A stretch of 64,000 bases of DNA from an uncultured Candidatus Binatia bacterium. GTDB lineage: Bacteria > Desulfobacterota > Binatia > UBA9968 > JAJDTQ01. Below the pieces are notes generated by a model. That model worked only from the letters and a program-made list of their open reading frames with translations. It searched no databases and had not been told where the DNA came from. Position numbers and translations under genes: made by a program. Shown piece by piece: positions 1-10,058 of the stretch (its first letter is position 1; the number at the start of each line of letters is the position of its first letter). The stretch lies in contig OZ244070.1 of NCBI GenBank assembly GCA_965215605.1, positions 832,001 to 896,000 on the forward strand, written 5' to 3'.

Positions 1-83
1 CCGGGGTCATGACGCGAAGTTCAACCTGTGTCCCGCTCCTGAGCGGGTGGGCTGCGAGTACGGCAGAGAAAGGAGAGAGGCAT

Positions 84-329
84 ATGAACGGGAACGGAGA
101 TTTGAACGGGAACGGCGGGAAGTACCTCAACACGCGGGAGGCGGCCGCGTGGCTGAACCTCTCGCCGCGGACGCTGGACCGCTACCGGGTGAGCGGCGCC
201 GGTCCGGCGTTCCACCGGTTCGGGGGCCGGGTGCGCTACCTTGTGGCGGACCTGGAGGCGTGGGCGTCCGAGCGCCGGCGGGTTTCCACGTCGGACGACG
301 GGACGGCGTTGAGGAGGGCTGCGCGATGA
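84..329 (+). CDS. Excisionase/AlpA-like helix-turn-helix DNA-binding protein (HTH_17)
   Basis: YLNTREAAAWLNLSPRTLDRYR..G.GP.F.RFG.RVRY...DL.AW motif; AGGAGA RBS; stop overlaps traA start (ATGA). Confidence 0.85.
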   Translation: MNGNGDLNGNGGKYLNTREAAAWLNLSPRTLDRYRVSGAGPAFHRFGGRVRYLVADLEAWASERRRVSTSDDGTALRRAAR

Positions 330-631
330 GGACGGGATTTCTGACCGGATGGATGCCGCGGCTGCTTTCGGCGCTCGTCTGGGCGCTGTGCGGGGCGGAC
401 GCGGCGTGGGCCACGACGGACACGACGTTTGCGGGTCCGTTGGGCACGGTGACGGGCATCGTGTCGGGGACGGGCGGGCAGTTGGCGGCCACGCTGGCGG
501 TGGGGGCGGCGTTGGTGGGGTCGGTGCTGCGGTTCAACGCCGCGCAGTTGGCGGGGGCCGTGGGGGTGGGGATCGCGGCCGGGGCGGGCACGGGCGTGGT
601 GACCGGGCTTGTGGGCACGGCGATCGTATGA
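326..631 (+). CDS. traA: Conjugative pilin precursor
   Basis: Signal peptide ending AWA, two Gly/Ala-rich hydrophobic helices, position before traL. Confidence 0.75.
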   Translation: MRTGFLTGWMPRLLSALVWALCGADAAWATTDTTFAGPLGTVTGIVSGTGGQLAATLAVGAALVGSVLRFNAAQLAGAVGVGIAAGAGTGVVTGLVGTAIV

Positions 632-640
632 GGGCGGGAG

Positions 641-934
641 ATGAACGAGCAGGCGAGGCATGCGATCCCGTCGCGTCTGGACGATCCGGAGCGGTGGCTT
701 TTCTGGACGCTGGACGAGGCGGCGGTGCTCTTGGGTCCGGCGGTGCTGGGGCTTGCAGCCAACGCGTTCGTGACCGGCATGGCGGCCGGGGTGGCGGCGT
801 GGGGGCTGCTGCGCAAGATGAAGCGCGGGGGCGGGGCGGACCTGGCGATCTGCGCGCTCTACTGGTTCCTGCCGGGGTTCGCGTTGGGGTTTCGGGGAGC
901 GCCGCCGAGCCACGCGCGGCGGTTCATCGGATGA
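641..934 (+). CDS. traL: F-type pilus assembly protein TraL
   Basis: IPSRLDDP.R.LFWTLDE and LYWFLP motifs; 97 aa. Confidence 0.92.
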   Translation: MNEQARHAIPSRLDDPERWLFWTLDEAAVLLGPAVLGLAANAFVTGMAAGVAAWGLLRKMKRGGGADLAICALYWFLPGFALGFRGAPPSHARRFIG

Positions 935-944
935 GGGGGCCGGG

Positions 945-1499
945 ATGAGACGGGAGTTTCTGGAGGCGGAGAAGCGCCGGGTGCGGGACGGGCGGGCGGT
1001 GTTGGCCGGGCTGTTGGGGCTCTCGCTCCTGGCGAACCTGGGGTTGAGCGCGGGGCTGGCGTCGGTGGAGCGCATGGCGGTGCTGATCCCGGCGGTGGCC
1101 GGGCCGTCGTGGGAGGTGGGGGCGAGCCGGGCCGGGCGCCGGTACCTGGAGGACATGGGGCGGACGGTGGCGGTGACGCTGCTGACGCTCACGCCGGAGA
1201 ACGCCGGGCCCGTGCGGGAGGCGGCGGCGCGGCTGAGCCACGCGTCGGCCCGGGGCGCCATCGGGGCCTGGGTGGCGGCCGAGGCCGCGAGGATGGAGAG
1301 GCGGGACCTGGCGACGGCGTTCTATCCGGAAGGGATCGAAGCGGACGCGGAGAGGTTGACGGCGGTGGTGTCGGGCGAGCTTGCCACCTGGATCGGCCGC
1401 GAGCCCGTGTCGCGCGAACGCAAGCGCTACCGGATGGCGTTCCGCGTGGACGCGGGCCGGATCGGGCTGGTGCGTTTCGAGGAACTGGAGGAACGGTGA
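945..1499 (+). CDS. traE: F-type T4SS protein TraE
   Basis: N-terminal TM, YLE.M...V..LL.LTPEN, ..FYP motif; synteny. Confidence 0.9.
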   Translation: MRREFLEAEKRRVRDGRAVLAGLLGLSLLANLGLSAGLASVERMAVLIPAVAGPSWEVGASRAGRRYLEDMGRTVAVTLLTLTPENAGPVREAAARLSHASARGAIGAWVAAEAARMERRDLATAFYPEGIEADAERLTAVVSGELATWIGREPVSRERKRYRMAFRVDAGRIGLVRFEELEER

Positions 1500-2314
1500 T
1501 GCGGCAGGGGACTGGAATGCGGAGTGCGATGGAACGGGTTGAAGGCTGGGCGCGGAAGACCCTGCGGCGCGCGCCGATGCCTGCGCTGATCTGGGCGGCG
1601 CTGTTTTCCTGCATGCCGGCGTCCGCGCCGGCAATGCAGATCCTGGAGGCGGTGGACCACGCGGAGCTCGAGGCGGAGATCTCGAACCGCGCGGTGAGCC
1701 GGGTGGCGCTCGCGGGCGACCGGATCGCGCGTGTGATCCGCGGGCCGGACGGCTTTGTGGTCGAGCACGACGCCTCGCGCGGGGACGTCTACCTGCGTCC
1801 GGCGGATGCGTCCGTGGTCCTCCCGGGCGGGACCGCGCCTCCCGGGCCGTTGACGCTGTTCGTGGGGACGGCGGCGGGCTTCACCTACCGGCTTTCGTTG
1901 ACGGTGGCCGAGCGCGGCTCGGCGCAGATTCTGATTCGGAACGCCGCGGCCTCGCCGGGGGGAGAGATCGCCGCGCCGGCGGGCGGGCGCGTGGGGGCGC
2001 TGGCGGCGCTGGTCCGGGCCGTGGTCCGCCGCGAGCCGCTTCCGGGGTACGTGATCGAGGGAGCGGGCGCGGCGCGGGACGCCGGGGGCCTGGCGGTCAT
2101 CGAGACCTGGCGCGGGCCGCGGTTCGACGCGCGGGTGCTGGAGGCGGAGGCTGGATCGGATACGGACGCCGCCGGGTTGGCGGACCGTCTGGGTCCGCGG
2201 GCGGCGGCCGCGGTGTGGATGGGGCCGGCGGGAAGCGGTCCCGGGGGAGGACGGCTGGTGGTGGCGGTGGCGGACCGCGGCGCCGGGAGCGGCCCCGTGG
2301 GGAGGCAGCCGTGA
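1496..2314 (+). CDS. traK: F-type secretin-like TraK
   Basis: Signal peptide, SRVAL.GDRI, GDVYL.P, LFV.T..G.TY.L.L; start uncertain (1496/1499 or later). Confidence 0.85.
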   Translation: MMRQGTGMRSAMERVEGWARKTLRRAPMPALIWAALFSCMPASAPAMQILEAVDHAELEAEISNRAVSRVALAGDRIARVIRGPDGFVVEHDASRGDVYLRPADASVVLPGGTAPPGPLTLFVGTAAGFTYRLSLTVAERGSAQILIRNAAASPGGEIAAPAGGRVGALAALVRAVVRREPLPGYVIEGAGAARDAGGLAVIETWRGPRFDARVLEAEAGSDTDAAGLADRLGPRAAAAVWMGPAGSGPGGGRLVVAVADRGAGSGPVGRQP

Positions 2315-3525
2315 CGGGCGGAGAGAGGACGCGAACGGACCCGGAGACCCGCCGGAACCGCCAGAGGCAGTTGCTGCTGTTCTCGGGGCTGGCCGGGGCC
2401 GGACTGATCGTGTTCGCGGTGTGGCTCTCGGCCGGCAAGGGCGGCGGGCCGGCGGCGCCGGGCGGGATCGAGGCGAACCTCGTGGCGGACGATACGGCGG
2501 AGGCGAGTTGGGTGCGCCGCTCCGAGGCGCGGATCGGGGAGTTGGAAATGCGGCTGCGGGAGATGGAGACGCAGCGGCGGCGGACCGAGGAAGAGAACGC
2601 GCGGCTTCGCGAGAGCCTCGTGCGCGACGCCGAGGACGGGCGGATGGTGATCGACCGGCAGGCGGCGGCGATCGAGGAACTGCGGAGCCGTCTCGACGCT
2701 CCGGGGTTCACGGGGGCGGTTCGGGCAACGGGTCCGGGTCCCCGCGGCCCGCGTTCGGGTTCGGCGGCCCCGGCGGTTCCGGCGGCGTCCATGATCCAGG
2801 AGTTCGCGAGCGCGGCGCCTCCGGGGGCGCTGCCGGGTCCGCGGCGGCTCAAGTCCTGGCTTCCGGCCGGGTCCTACGCGGACGCCCTGGTGTTGGCGGG
2901 GGTGGACGCTTCGGCGGGAGTGAGCTCGCAGGGAGACCCGCGCCCGGTGCTGCTGAGGCTCACCAGCGCGGCCCGGAGCGCGGCCGAAGACGGCGAAGCG
3001 CTGGAAGTGGACCTCGAGGGCTGCACGCTCACGGGGGCGGCGCACGGGGATCTCTCCTCGGAGAAGGTCTATGTGCGGCTCAGGACCCTGACCTGCGCGG
3101 GACCGGAGCGGGAGACGGTGATCGAGACCGAGGTGGCGGGGTTCGTGGCGGGGAGCGGCAAGGCCGGGGTGCGGGGCCCGGTGGTGAGCCGGGAGGGGGC
3201 GCTGGTGGAGAAGGCGTTCCTTGCTGGGCTGGTTTCGGGCGCGGGGGAATCGGCGTCCAGCCTGCTCCAGGCCCGGGCCGTGAATGCGGGCGGGGACGGC
3301 GGCGGCGCGAGTCTGGCGGACGTGGGCCGGGCCGGTCTCGGGGCGGGCGCGGGCTCGGCCGGGCGCAGGGTTGCGGACTACCTCATCCGCCGGGCCGAAC
3401 AGTACCAGCCGGTGATCCAGTTGCAGACGGGCACGCGGGTGACGGTGGTGTTCATAGAAGGCGCCCGGATCGACGGGCGCGGGGATGTCCGGACCGGAAA
3501 GCCCAAGAGAAAGGCCGGAGAATGA
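2311..3525 (+). CDS. traB: TraB (VirB10-like) pilus assembly protein
   Basis: TM + coiled coil + WLPAGS..ALVL.GVDA, GDLSSEKVYVR, AEQYQPVI motifs. Confidence 0.93.
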   Translation: MTGGERTRTDPETRRNRQRQLLLFSGLAGAGLIVFAVWLSAGKGGGPAAPGGIEANLVADDTAEASWVRRSEARIGELEMRLREMETQRRRTEEENARLRESLVRDAEDGRMVIDRQAAAIEELRSRLDAPGFTGAVRATGPGPRGPRSGSAAPAVPAASMIQEFASAAPPGALPGPRRLKSWLPAGSYADALVLAGVDASAGVSSQGDPRPVLLRLTSAARSAAEDGEALEVDLEGCTLTGAAHGDLSSEKVYVRLRTLTCAGPERETVIETEVAGFVAGSGKAGVRGPVVSREGALVEKAFLAGLVSGAGESASSLLQARAVNAGGDGGGASLADVGRAGLGAGAGSAGRRVADYLIRRAEQYQPVIQLQTGTRVTVVFIEGARIDGRGDVRTGKPKRKAGE

Positions 3526-4115
3526 GAAGGCAGACGACAGACACTTGGCGAACCGCCGGAGGGCTTCTGGCGGCGGCGCTGTTCCTGGGAGGCTGCTCGG
3601 CGACGCATGTAGGCGACGCCTGGCAATGCCCGGTGGCGCAGGGCGCGGCGTGCGCGGACGTGGCGGAGGCCGATCCGGCGGTGGCGGCTTCGGACAAGGC
3701 CCGGGACTCCGCGGTTCCCGAACCGCTGGCGCCGCTCAAGCCGCCGGCGCCCGCGGCAGCAACGGAGTCCGCGGTAGCCGGCGATGGCCGCGGGTCCTGG
3801 CCCGCGTGCGCGGGGAACTGCGATCCTCTCGCGTGGCTGGCCGCATGGTTCGATTCCCTCAAGGGGCCGGCGGACCCCGGGTTTCCCATGGAGCCGGCAT
3901 CCGCGCCGCCGCCTGGGGAGCCGCCGGCGCCGGAGAATCCGGGCAGCGAAGATCCGGACGCGTCCGCCGAGGGGCCGCGGACGGAGGAGACGCTTCGGAC
4001 GGAGGAGAGGATCGGGCGCATCTGGATCGCTCCGTTCGTGGACGGCGGCGGGGTGTACCGGGAGGGCCATTGGGTGCGGACGGTGCTGGAGCCGGCGCGC
4101 TGGAGGGTCCGGTGA
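3522..4115 (+). CDS. traV: TraV lipoprotein
   Basis: Lipobox LGGC, W.C...G..C, C-terminal RIWIAPFVD..G.Y. Confidence 0.88.
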   Translation: MRRQTTDTWRTAGGLLAAALFLGGCSATHVGDAWQCPVAQGAACADVAEADPAVAASDKARDSAVPEPLAPLKPPAPAAATESAVAGDGRGSWPACAGNCDPLAWLAAWFDSLKGPADPGFPMEPASAPPPGEPPAPENPGSEDPDASAEGPRTEETLRTEERIGRIWIAPFVDGGGVYREGHWVRTVLEPARWRVR

Positions 4116-6628
4116 TCGAGCGGCTGAAGGACCTTCTCGGGGGGCCGGACGCGCTGGCGCCCTGGAGGCTGCCGGCGCTTCCGGCCTCGCTCACGGACCT
4201 GCTGCCCTGGCGGGCGTGGGACGAGGCGGGCGAGTTCTACGTCAACGCCGGAAGCTGCGGCTTCCTGCTGGAGCTTCCGCCGTTCGTGGGGATCGACGAC
4301 GGGGCGCTGGAGGCGCTGGCCGGGACCCTGGCCGACGCCGCGCCCGAGCGCTCGCTGGTTCAGTTCCTGCACTGGACGAGTCCGCGCTACGGCGCGGCGG
4401 TCCGGAGCTGGGCCGAGCCGCGGCAGCGGACGGGCGGAGTGCAGGCCGGAATGGCCGCGCGGCGCCGCGCCCTCTTCACCCATGCGGGTTGGCGTCCGCT
4501 CCACGCGGGCGGGCCTCCGTTCACGCTCAAGGACTGCCGGGTGTTCCTGGCCGCGTGCGTGGCGGGACAGCCGGGGCCCGTGGCCGAGACCGCGCTCGGG
4601 GGCTTCCGCCGGGCGCTGGAGGGGACCCTGGCGTCGGCCGGGGCCGAGGCGCGGCGGGTGGACCCGGACACCCTCCTGTCGCTGGCCGCCGAGCTCACGG
4701 CGCCGGACCCCGAGGGGGTGTTCGACGGGGACCTCGACCGGCCCCGGCGGCGCTGGTCGCCGCGGGACCCGCTGCACCTCCAGTGCGCGGCGCCCGGGCG
4801 CGCCCTGTCGGTGGCGCCCGCGGGGCTGGTGTTCCACCACCCGGACGGAACCGACGTGGCGGTGCGCGTTCTCTCGGCGCGGGCTTTTCCGGAGGTGTGG
4901 CCGGGCTGGCGCGGCAACGCGTTGATCGGCGACTTCCACCGGGACTTCCTTCAGCCGGGCGCCCCGGTGCTGACCGCGCTCACGGTGATGATGGGCGACG
5001 CCGCGGACGGCGAGCGCGCCTTCCTGAAATCCGCCCGCGCCACGCAGCAGGCGAGCACCGGGATCGCCCGCTACCTGCCGGGACTGCCCGAGAAGGCGCA
5101 GGACTGGCGCTTCGTCACCGAGCGGCTCAAGGAGGGCGAGCGGCTGGTGAAGGCCTGCTACACGGTGGCGGTCTACGCGCCCCTGGGCGCCATCGACGAG
5201 GCCGAGCAGGCGGTGCGGGCCATCTATCACGGCCAGGGCTGGCGCCTGGGAGCCGAGCGCTACGCGCATCTGCCGGCGTGGCTCGCGTGCCTGCCCATGG
5301 TCCCGGCCGGCGGGCTCGACTCGGACCTGGCCCGGATGGGACGGATGAAGACGCTCCTCACGTCGTCGGCCGTGAACCTGGCGCCGGTGCACGGCGAGTG
5401 GCGCGGCCAGGAGGGCTCGCCCGACGCCCCGCCCGCGCTGTTGCTCATCGGCAGGCGGGGCCAGCCCGCGGTCTGGTCGCCCTTCGCCAACGAGGCCGGG
5501 AACTACAACGTGGCGGTGACCGGGAAGTCGGGGTCGGGGAAGTCGGTGCTGATGCAGGAACTCGTGTCAGGGATCGCGGGGGCGGGCGGCGAGGCCGTGG
5601 TGATCGACGACGGGCGCTCCTTCCAGCACACGGCGGAGGCCCTGGGCGGGGCGTTCATTGCCTTCGGCAAGGACCCGGCGCGGCTGAACCCCTTCGCCAT
5701 GATCGACGCGGAGGCCGCGGCCCGGGACAGCGACTACCGCGAGGAGTGCTTCGCCATGCTGGCGTCGGTGATCGGGCGCATGTGCCGGCGGCGCGGGCGC
5801 ATCGACGACATCGAGGCCGCGCTCATCGACGAGGCCATAGCGGCCGCCTGGGAGGAGGCCGGGAACGGCGCCGACCTGGGAACCGTTCAGCGGAGGCTTG
5901 AGCAGGCGGGCGACCGGCGGGCGTCGGACATGGCCCTGGCCCTGGGGCCGTGGCGGCCGGGGGGCGCTTTCGGACGGCTCTTCGAGGGGGCGGACACCCC
6001 TGCCCTGGACGCCGCCCTCACCGTGTTCGAGTTGGCCGAGCTGAAGGGGCGGGGCGACCTCCAGGGCGTGGTGCTGATGCTGGTGATCTTCCTCGCCACC
6101 CAGCGCATGTACCACGGCCCGCGCACGCGCCCCAAGGCCATCGTCATCGACGAGGCGTGGGACCTCCTTTCCGGAGAGGACAGCAAGGCCTTCCTTGAGG
6201 GCGCGGCCCGGCGGGCGCGGAAGTACCGCGGCGCGCTGGTGACCGGCACCCAGAGCGTCAACGACTACTACGCCAACCCCGCGGCCCGCGCCGCCTGGGA
6301 GAACTCGGACTGGGTGATCTTCCTGGCCCAGAAGGAAGAGTCGGTGGAGCTTCTGAAGCAGGAGAAGCGCATCCACTGCGATCCGGGCATGGAGCGGGCG
6401 CTCAAGAGCCTGGCCACCGTGGACGGACGGCACGCCGAGCTGCTGCTGCACGGCCCGGACGGCTGGCGGGTGGCGCGGCTGGCGCTGGACCGCTGGTCCA
6501 CGGCGCTCTACTCCTCGCGCGGCCCGGCGTTCGCCGCGGTGGAGCGGCTCAAGGAGGAGGAAGGCCTGGCAACCGCGCAGGCCATCGACCGCATTGCCGC
6601 CGGCGGCGGCGCGGACGACGCGCCGTGA
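4112..6628 (+). CDS. traC: TraC (VirB4-like) ATPase
   Basis: NYNVAVTGKSGSGKS Walker A, IDEAW Walker B, RRARKY.G...TGTQS. Confidence 0.95.
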   Translation: MIERLKDLLGGPDALAPWRLPALPASLTDLLPWRAWDEAGEFYVNAGSCGFLLELPPFVGIDDGALEALAGTLADAAPERSLVQFLHWTSPRYGAAVRSWAEPRQRTGGVQAGMAARRRALFTHAGWRPLHAGGPPFTLKDCRVFLAACVAGQPGPVAETALGGFRRALEGTLASAGAEARRVDPDTLLSLAAELTAPDPEGVFDGDLDRPRRRWSPRDPLHLQCAAPGRALSVAPAGLVFHHPDGTDVAVRVLSARAFPEVWPGWRGNALIGDFHRDFLQPGAPVLTALTVMMGDAADGERAFLKSARATQQASTGIARYLPGLPEKAQDWRFVTERLKEGERLVKACYTVAVYAPLGAIDEAEQAVRAIYHGQGWRLGAERYAHLPAWLACLPMVPAGGLDSDLARMGRMKTLLTSSAVNLAPVHGEWRGQEGSPDAPPALLLIGRRGQPAVWSPFANEAGNYNVAVTGKSGSGKSVLMQELVSGIAGAGGEAVVIDDGRSFQHTAEALGGAFIAFGKDPARLNPFAMIDAEAAARDSDYREECFAMLASVIGRMCRRRGRIDDIEAALIDEAIAAAWEEAGNGADLGTVQRRLEQAGDRRASDMALALGPWRPGGAFGRLFEGADTPALDAALTVFELAELKGRGDLQGVVLMLVIFLATQRMYHGPRTRPKAIVIDEAWDLLSGEDSKAFLEGAARRARKYRGALVTGTQSVNDYYANPAARAAWENSDWVIFLAQKEESVELLKQEKRIHCDPGMERALKSLATVDGRHAELLLHGPDGWRVARLALDRWSTALYSSRGPAFAAVERLKEEEGLATAQAIDRIAAGGGADDAP

Positions 6629-6684
6629 CGGCCTGCCTGGGATTTGGAGAACGAATGAGCGGCGGCGAGGACAAAGGAGACGCC

Positions 6685-7425
6685 ATGGACGCACGCAAGA
6701 GCAGACGGCCGCGAGCCGCAGCCCGCAAGGATCGCTCCGGAGAACGTCCCCTCGACTGGCCGGGAGATCCGGAATTGCTGACCGCGGAAGCCGTTGACTT
6801 CGAGGCCCTGGCCTGCGTGCTGGCCAACACCTGCCGCCGCGGCGGAAGGCTCAGGCGGTTCCACTCCCTGGCGGCACACGCGGTGCTCTTGAGCGAGGCG
6901 ATCGAGAACCTGGGGGAGTCCGGCGCCGGGGACGGCCGGATCGTGGCGCTGCACGCGCTTTTGGCCGACGCCAGCGTCGCGTGGCTGGGCGCCGGGGCTG
7001 TTGCATCTCAACGCGGTGCGGAGCGTTTCAAGCGGCTGCGGGAGACCGTGGACCGGGCCGTGCGCGAAGCGGCCGGACTCCGGGGAGAGCCCTCCCCGGA
7101 ACAGTCGGAACTGCTTCGTTTCGTGGCCCGCATGGGCGAGGCCGCGGAGAATCGGGATCTTCCGGGAGCGGGCGACGGCGCGGCTCCGGCGATCGCCTTC
7201 CCGCCGCTCCCCAGCCGGATACGGGCCGTGGAGCCCGGCCGGGCCGCCAGGCTCTGGCTGGACCGCCTGCGGAATTTGAGAGGAGGTTCGGAGTTGGAAC
7301 GGAGCGTCACGGCGCCCTCGCCCGGGGAGTCCCGGAACGGGAGTGACTCCGCTTCACGGGATGAACCGCAGCCAACGGGCGTCCACGGCCTGCGAACGGC
7401 TGGAGGTTCGGGTGATGAGGCATGA
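6685..7425 (+). CDS. HD-superfamily (YfbR-like) protein with degenerate HD motif
   Basis: LANTCRRGG...FHSLAAH...ALLADAS resembles CRF.G...YSVAQH...LLHDA; AAAGGAGA RBS before ATG 6685. Confidence 0.65.
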   Translation: MDARKSRRPRAAARKDRSGERPLDWPGDPELLTAEAVDFEALACVLANTCRRGGRLRRFHSLAAHAVLLSEAIENLGESGAGDGRIVALHALLADASVAWLGAGAVASQRGAERFKRLRETVDRAVREAAGLRGEPSPEQSELLRFVARMGEAAENRDLPGAGDGAAPAIAFPPLPSRIRAVEPGRAARLWLDRLRNLRGGSELERSVTAPSPGESRNGSDSASRDEPQPTGVHGLRTAGGSGDEA

Positions 7426-7837
7426 GTTGCGGCGGAACGGGGACGGAGGCCCGGTCATGAGCGCATACGCGACGCTTGGGGCCGCGATGCTGCTCGCGAC
7501 AGGCGTGGCCGCGTCAGTGTCGGCCGTGACGGCGCGTGTCGTCCTGGAGCGGGTTCCGCTCACAGGGAGCGTGCGGCTTGCCGAGCTTGCAGCCGACTAT
7601 ATGGCGAGGGCCGCGCGGGAACACGGAGACCGGACAGATGCGGCCGAGGCCGCGCGCAGCTGGGCCAGACGGCTTGACGAGGCGCTGGTCCGGACGGCGG
7701 CGCGCCATCGCGTGGTGCTGCTTCCCGCTCGGGCGGTCGCCGCGGGCGCGGAGGATTTCACCGCCGAGGTGAAGGCTGCGATGCGAGAGGCCGCGCGGAA
7801 AGACGATCTTCAGGCCGGCCAGGAGGCGAAACGATGA
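7415..7837 (+). CDS. trbI: TrbI-like F-type transfer protein
   Basis: N-terminal TM; C-terminal VVLL...AV.AGA.DFT motif; synteny. Confidence 0.75.
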   Translation: MRHELRRNGDGGPVMSAYATLGAAMLLATGVAASVSAVTARVVLERVPLTGSVRLAELAADYMARAAREHGDRTDAAEAARSWARRLDEALVRTAARHRVVLLPARAVAAGAEDFTAEVKAAMREAARKDDLQAGQEAKR

Positions 7838-8382
7838 GAGCGGGCGATGTCCTGGAAGGCCGGCCGCGACGGGGCAACAGGCTTGTCTTCTGGGCCGCGG
7901 CGGCGGCCCTGGCGTGGCTTGCCCTGACCTCGCGGGTCTACGTCAATGCGAGCTGGTCGGACGGGGCCTGGGGCTATGTCGTGCTGCCCCTCCTGGGCGC
8001 GCCCGGCAGAGGGGAAGTGGTCGTCTTCGACCCTCCGGAGGCGGTGGGTTCGCCGGTCCCGTATCTCAAGACCGTGCGCGGCCTGCCGGGAGACCATGTC
8101 GAAGTGGACGACGATAGCCGCGTCCGGGTGAATGGCAAGGCCGTGGGCATCGCCAAGACCCATGCCCGTGACGGGCGTCCGCTGAAGATGGCCCGGCCGG
8201 GGGTGATTCCGCCCGGCCGCTACTACGTACACGCCGATCACGTGGACAGCCACGACAGCCGCTACGCGGAGATCGGGCTCGTGCCGCGGGAGCGCATTCG
8301 CGGGCGCGCCGTGGCGTTGCCGGACATTCCGTGGCTGGGGCTGGAAGGCCCTCTGGCCAAACCCGGGGAGACGCGGCCGTGA
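7834..8382 (+). CDS. trhF: S26 signal-peptidase-like pilin processing protein (TrhF)
   Basis: N.S.S, YLK.V.GLPGD, SHDSRY..IG motifs. Confidence 0.88.
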   Translation: MRAGDVLEGRPRRGNRLVFWAAAAALAWLALTSRVYVNASWSDGAWGYVVLPLLGAPGRGEVVVFDPPEAVGSPVPYLKTVRGLPGDHVEVDDDSRVRVNGKAVGIAKTHARDGRPLKMARPGVIPPGRYYVHADHVDSHDSRYAEIGLVPRERIRGRAVALPDIPWLGLEGPLAKPGETRP

Positions 8383-9050
8383 CGGGGCGGCGTTCGCACG
8401 CCCGTTGCCTGCTCGCCGCGGCCGGCTGCGCGCTGACGCTCGCGGCGCAACCCGGTGCGGCAAGGGATCTCGGGGTCCGCGGCGCTGTGTGGCCGGTAGC
8501 CGAGCCCGACCTCCTCGCGGAGATCGGGGACCGGCTTGGAGAGCTGGAGGCGTCCGGTGAAATGGCCCGCATGCGCGTCGAGGCCGTGGAGCGGGCGCGG
8601 CGGCGGATCGAGGCCCCGGGACGCGTCGCAGGCATCGCGGCGGCGCGCGTTCACCGCACCCGGCTCTTCGATCCTTCCATGACTCTGGACCGGGACATCC
8701 GGGCGGCGGACGGGACCCTGATCGCGGCCCGCGGCGCGCGGGTCAACCCGCTCGACGCGCGCCCGCTCACGCGCGACCTGCTGTTCATCGACGGGGCGCG
8801 GCCCGTGGAGGTCGCCTGGGCGCTCAGGCATGGACGGCCCGCGAGGATCGTGCTCGTGGGGGGCCGTCCGCTGGAGCTCATGCGCGCCCACGGCCGGCCG
8901 TTCTACTTCGACCAGGGCGGCCGGCTGTCGAGGCGGCTGGGGCTCCGCGCCACCCCGTCGGTGATCGCGGCCGAGGGACCGGTGCTTCGAATCACCGAGG
9001 TGCCGCTCGAAGACGAAACGGACCCGGCAACTGCGGGAGAACGGCCATGA
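8379..9050 (+). CDS. traW: TraW
   Basis: DLG..G.VWPVAEPD, FDPS, VNPL, FYFDQGG.L. Confidence 0.93.
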   Translation: MTGRRSHARCLLAAAGCALTLAAQPGAARDLGVRGAVWPVAEPDLLAEIGDRLGELEASGEMARMRVEAVERARRRIEAPGRVAGIAAARVHRTRLFDPSMTLDRDIRAADGTLIAARGARVNPLDARPLTRDLLFIDGARPVEVAWALRHGRPARIVLVGGRPLELMRAHGRPFYFDQGGRLSRRLGLRATPSVIAAEGPVLRITEVPLEDETDPATAGERP

Positions 9051-10048
9051 GGTTCCTGACGGCCATCGGCGCGGCGCTCGTGCTCGCCGGCTTTCTGTCT
9101 GCGGGGACCGCGCACGCGCAGTCGTGCACAGGCCGCTTCGTGAACCCGGTGACGGACGTGTGCTGGGAGTGCCTGTTCCCGATCTCCATCGGGCCGATCC
9201 GCATGGGGAGCGCCGCGGGGGCGCCGGACACGCCCAATCCCGGATCGCCGATCTGCGCCTGCGGCAGCCCGGTCCCCCGCATAGGGCTCTCGCTCGGCGT
9301 GTGGGAGCCGGCGCGGCTCATCGACGCCACCCGCGCGCCCTGGTGCTTCCCCAACCTGGGCGGCATGACCGTGGACCCGGGCCTGCCGGCCGGGCGGGGA
9401 CGCACGGCGTCGTCGGGCGGCGACGGAGCGTCGGGGTCGGTGTGGCACGCCCACTACTACGTCTACCCGCTGCTTTCGTGGATCGGGGCGCTGCTCGACC
9501 TCGGCTGCCTCGAAGGCGGCGGTCCGGACATCGCCTGGGTCTCGGAGCTCGACCCGGCTTGGCGGGACGACGAGCTGTCGTTCCTGATGAACCCGGAGGC
9601 TGCGCTGTTCGCGGACCTCCCGGCCCAGGCGGCCTGCGCCGCGGACTGCGCGGCCGCCTCCGCCGGGCTGCCGCTCGATCCGCTCTTCTGGTGCGCGGGC
9701 TGCCAGGGCGGCATGTATCCCCTGACCGGCAACGTGGCCGCCCACGTGGGCGGGGTCCAGGCGTCTCTTCTCGCGGCCGAGCGGCTCGTGTTCCGCCTGC
9801 ACCGGCTGCTGCTCGCCCAGGGCACCTCCGGTTCGGCGGCGCTCTGCGGGCGATACCCGATGCCGATCATGAAGAAGTCGCAGTACCGCTGGCAGATGAC
9901 GCAGCCGGTGCCGGCCACATCGCCGCTCACGGGCTGCAACCCCACGGGACGGTCCTCCGTGCTGTGGGAGGCGCTCCGGGAGCTTCCGGCGGCTGGCGAG
10001 AATTTCGGGTACCTGCTCTGGCGCAAGCGCAACTGCTGTCTTCTGTGA
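9047..10048 (+). CDS. traU: TraU
   Basis: C.GRFVNPVTDVCWECLFPI, FWCAGCQG, WRKRNCC. Confidence 0.96.
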   Translation: MRFLTAIGAALVLAGFLSAGTAHAQSCTGRFVNPVTDVCWECLFPISIGPIRMGSAAGAPDTPNPGSPICACGSPVPRIGLSLGVWEPARLIDATRAPWCFPNLGGMTVDPGLPAGRGRTASSGGDGASGSVWHAHYYVYPLLSWIGALLDLGCLEGGGPDIAWVSELDPAWRDDELSFLMNPEAALFADLPAQAACAADCAAASAGLPLDPLFWCAGCQGGMYPLTGNVAAHVGGVQASLLAAERLVFRLHRLLLAQGTSGSAALCGRYPMPIMKKSQYRWQMTQPVPATSPLTGCNPTGRSSVLWEALRELPAAGENFGYLLWRKRNCCLL

Positions 10049-10058
10049 GGACGCGGGC

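Noticed and set aside
86-115. GAACGGGAACGG tandem duplication
   Set aside because: Short coding low-complexity repeat (NGNG twice) with no evident significance
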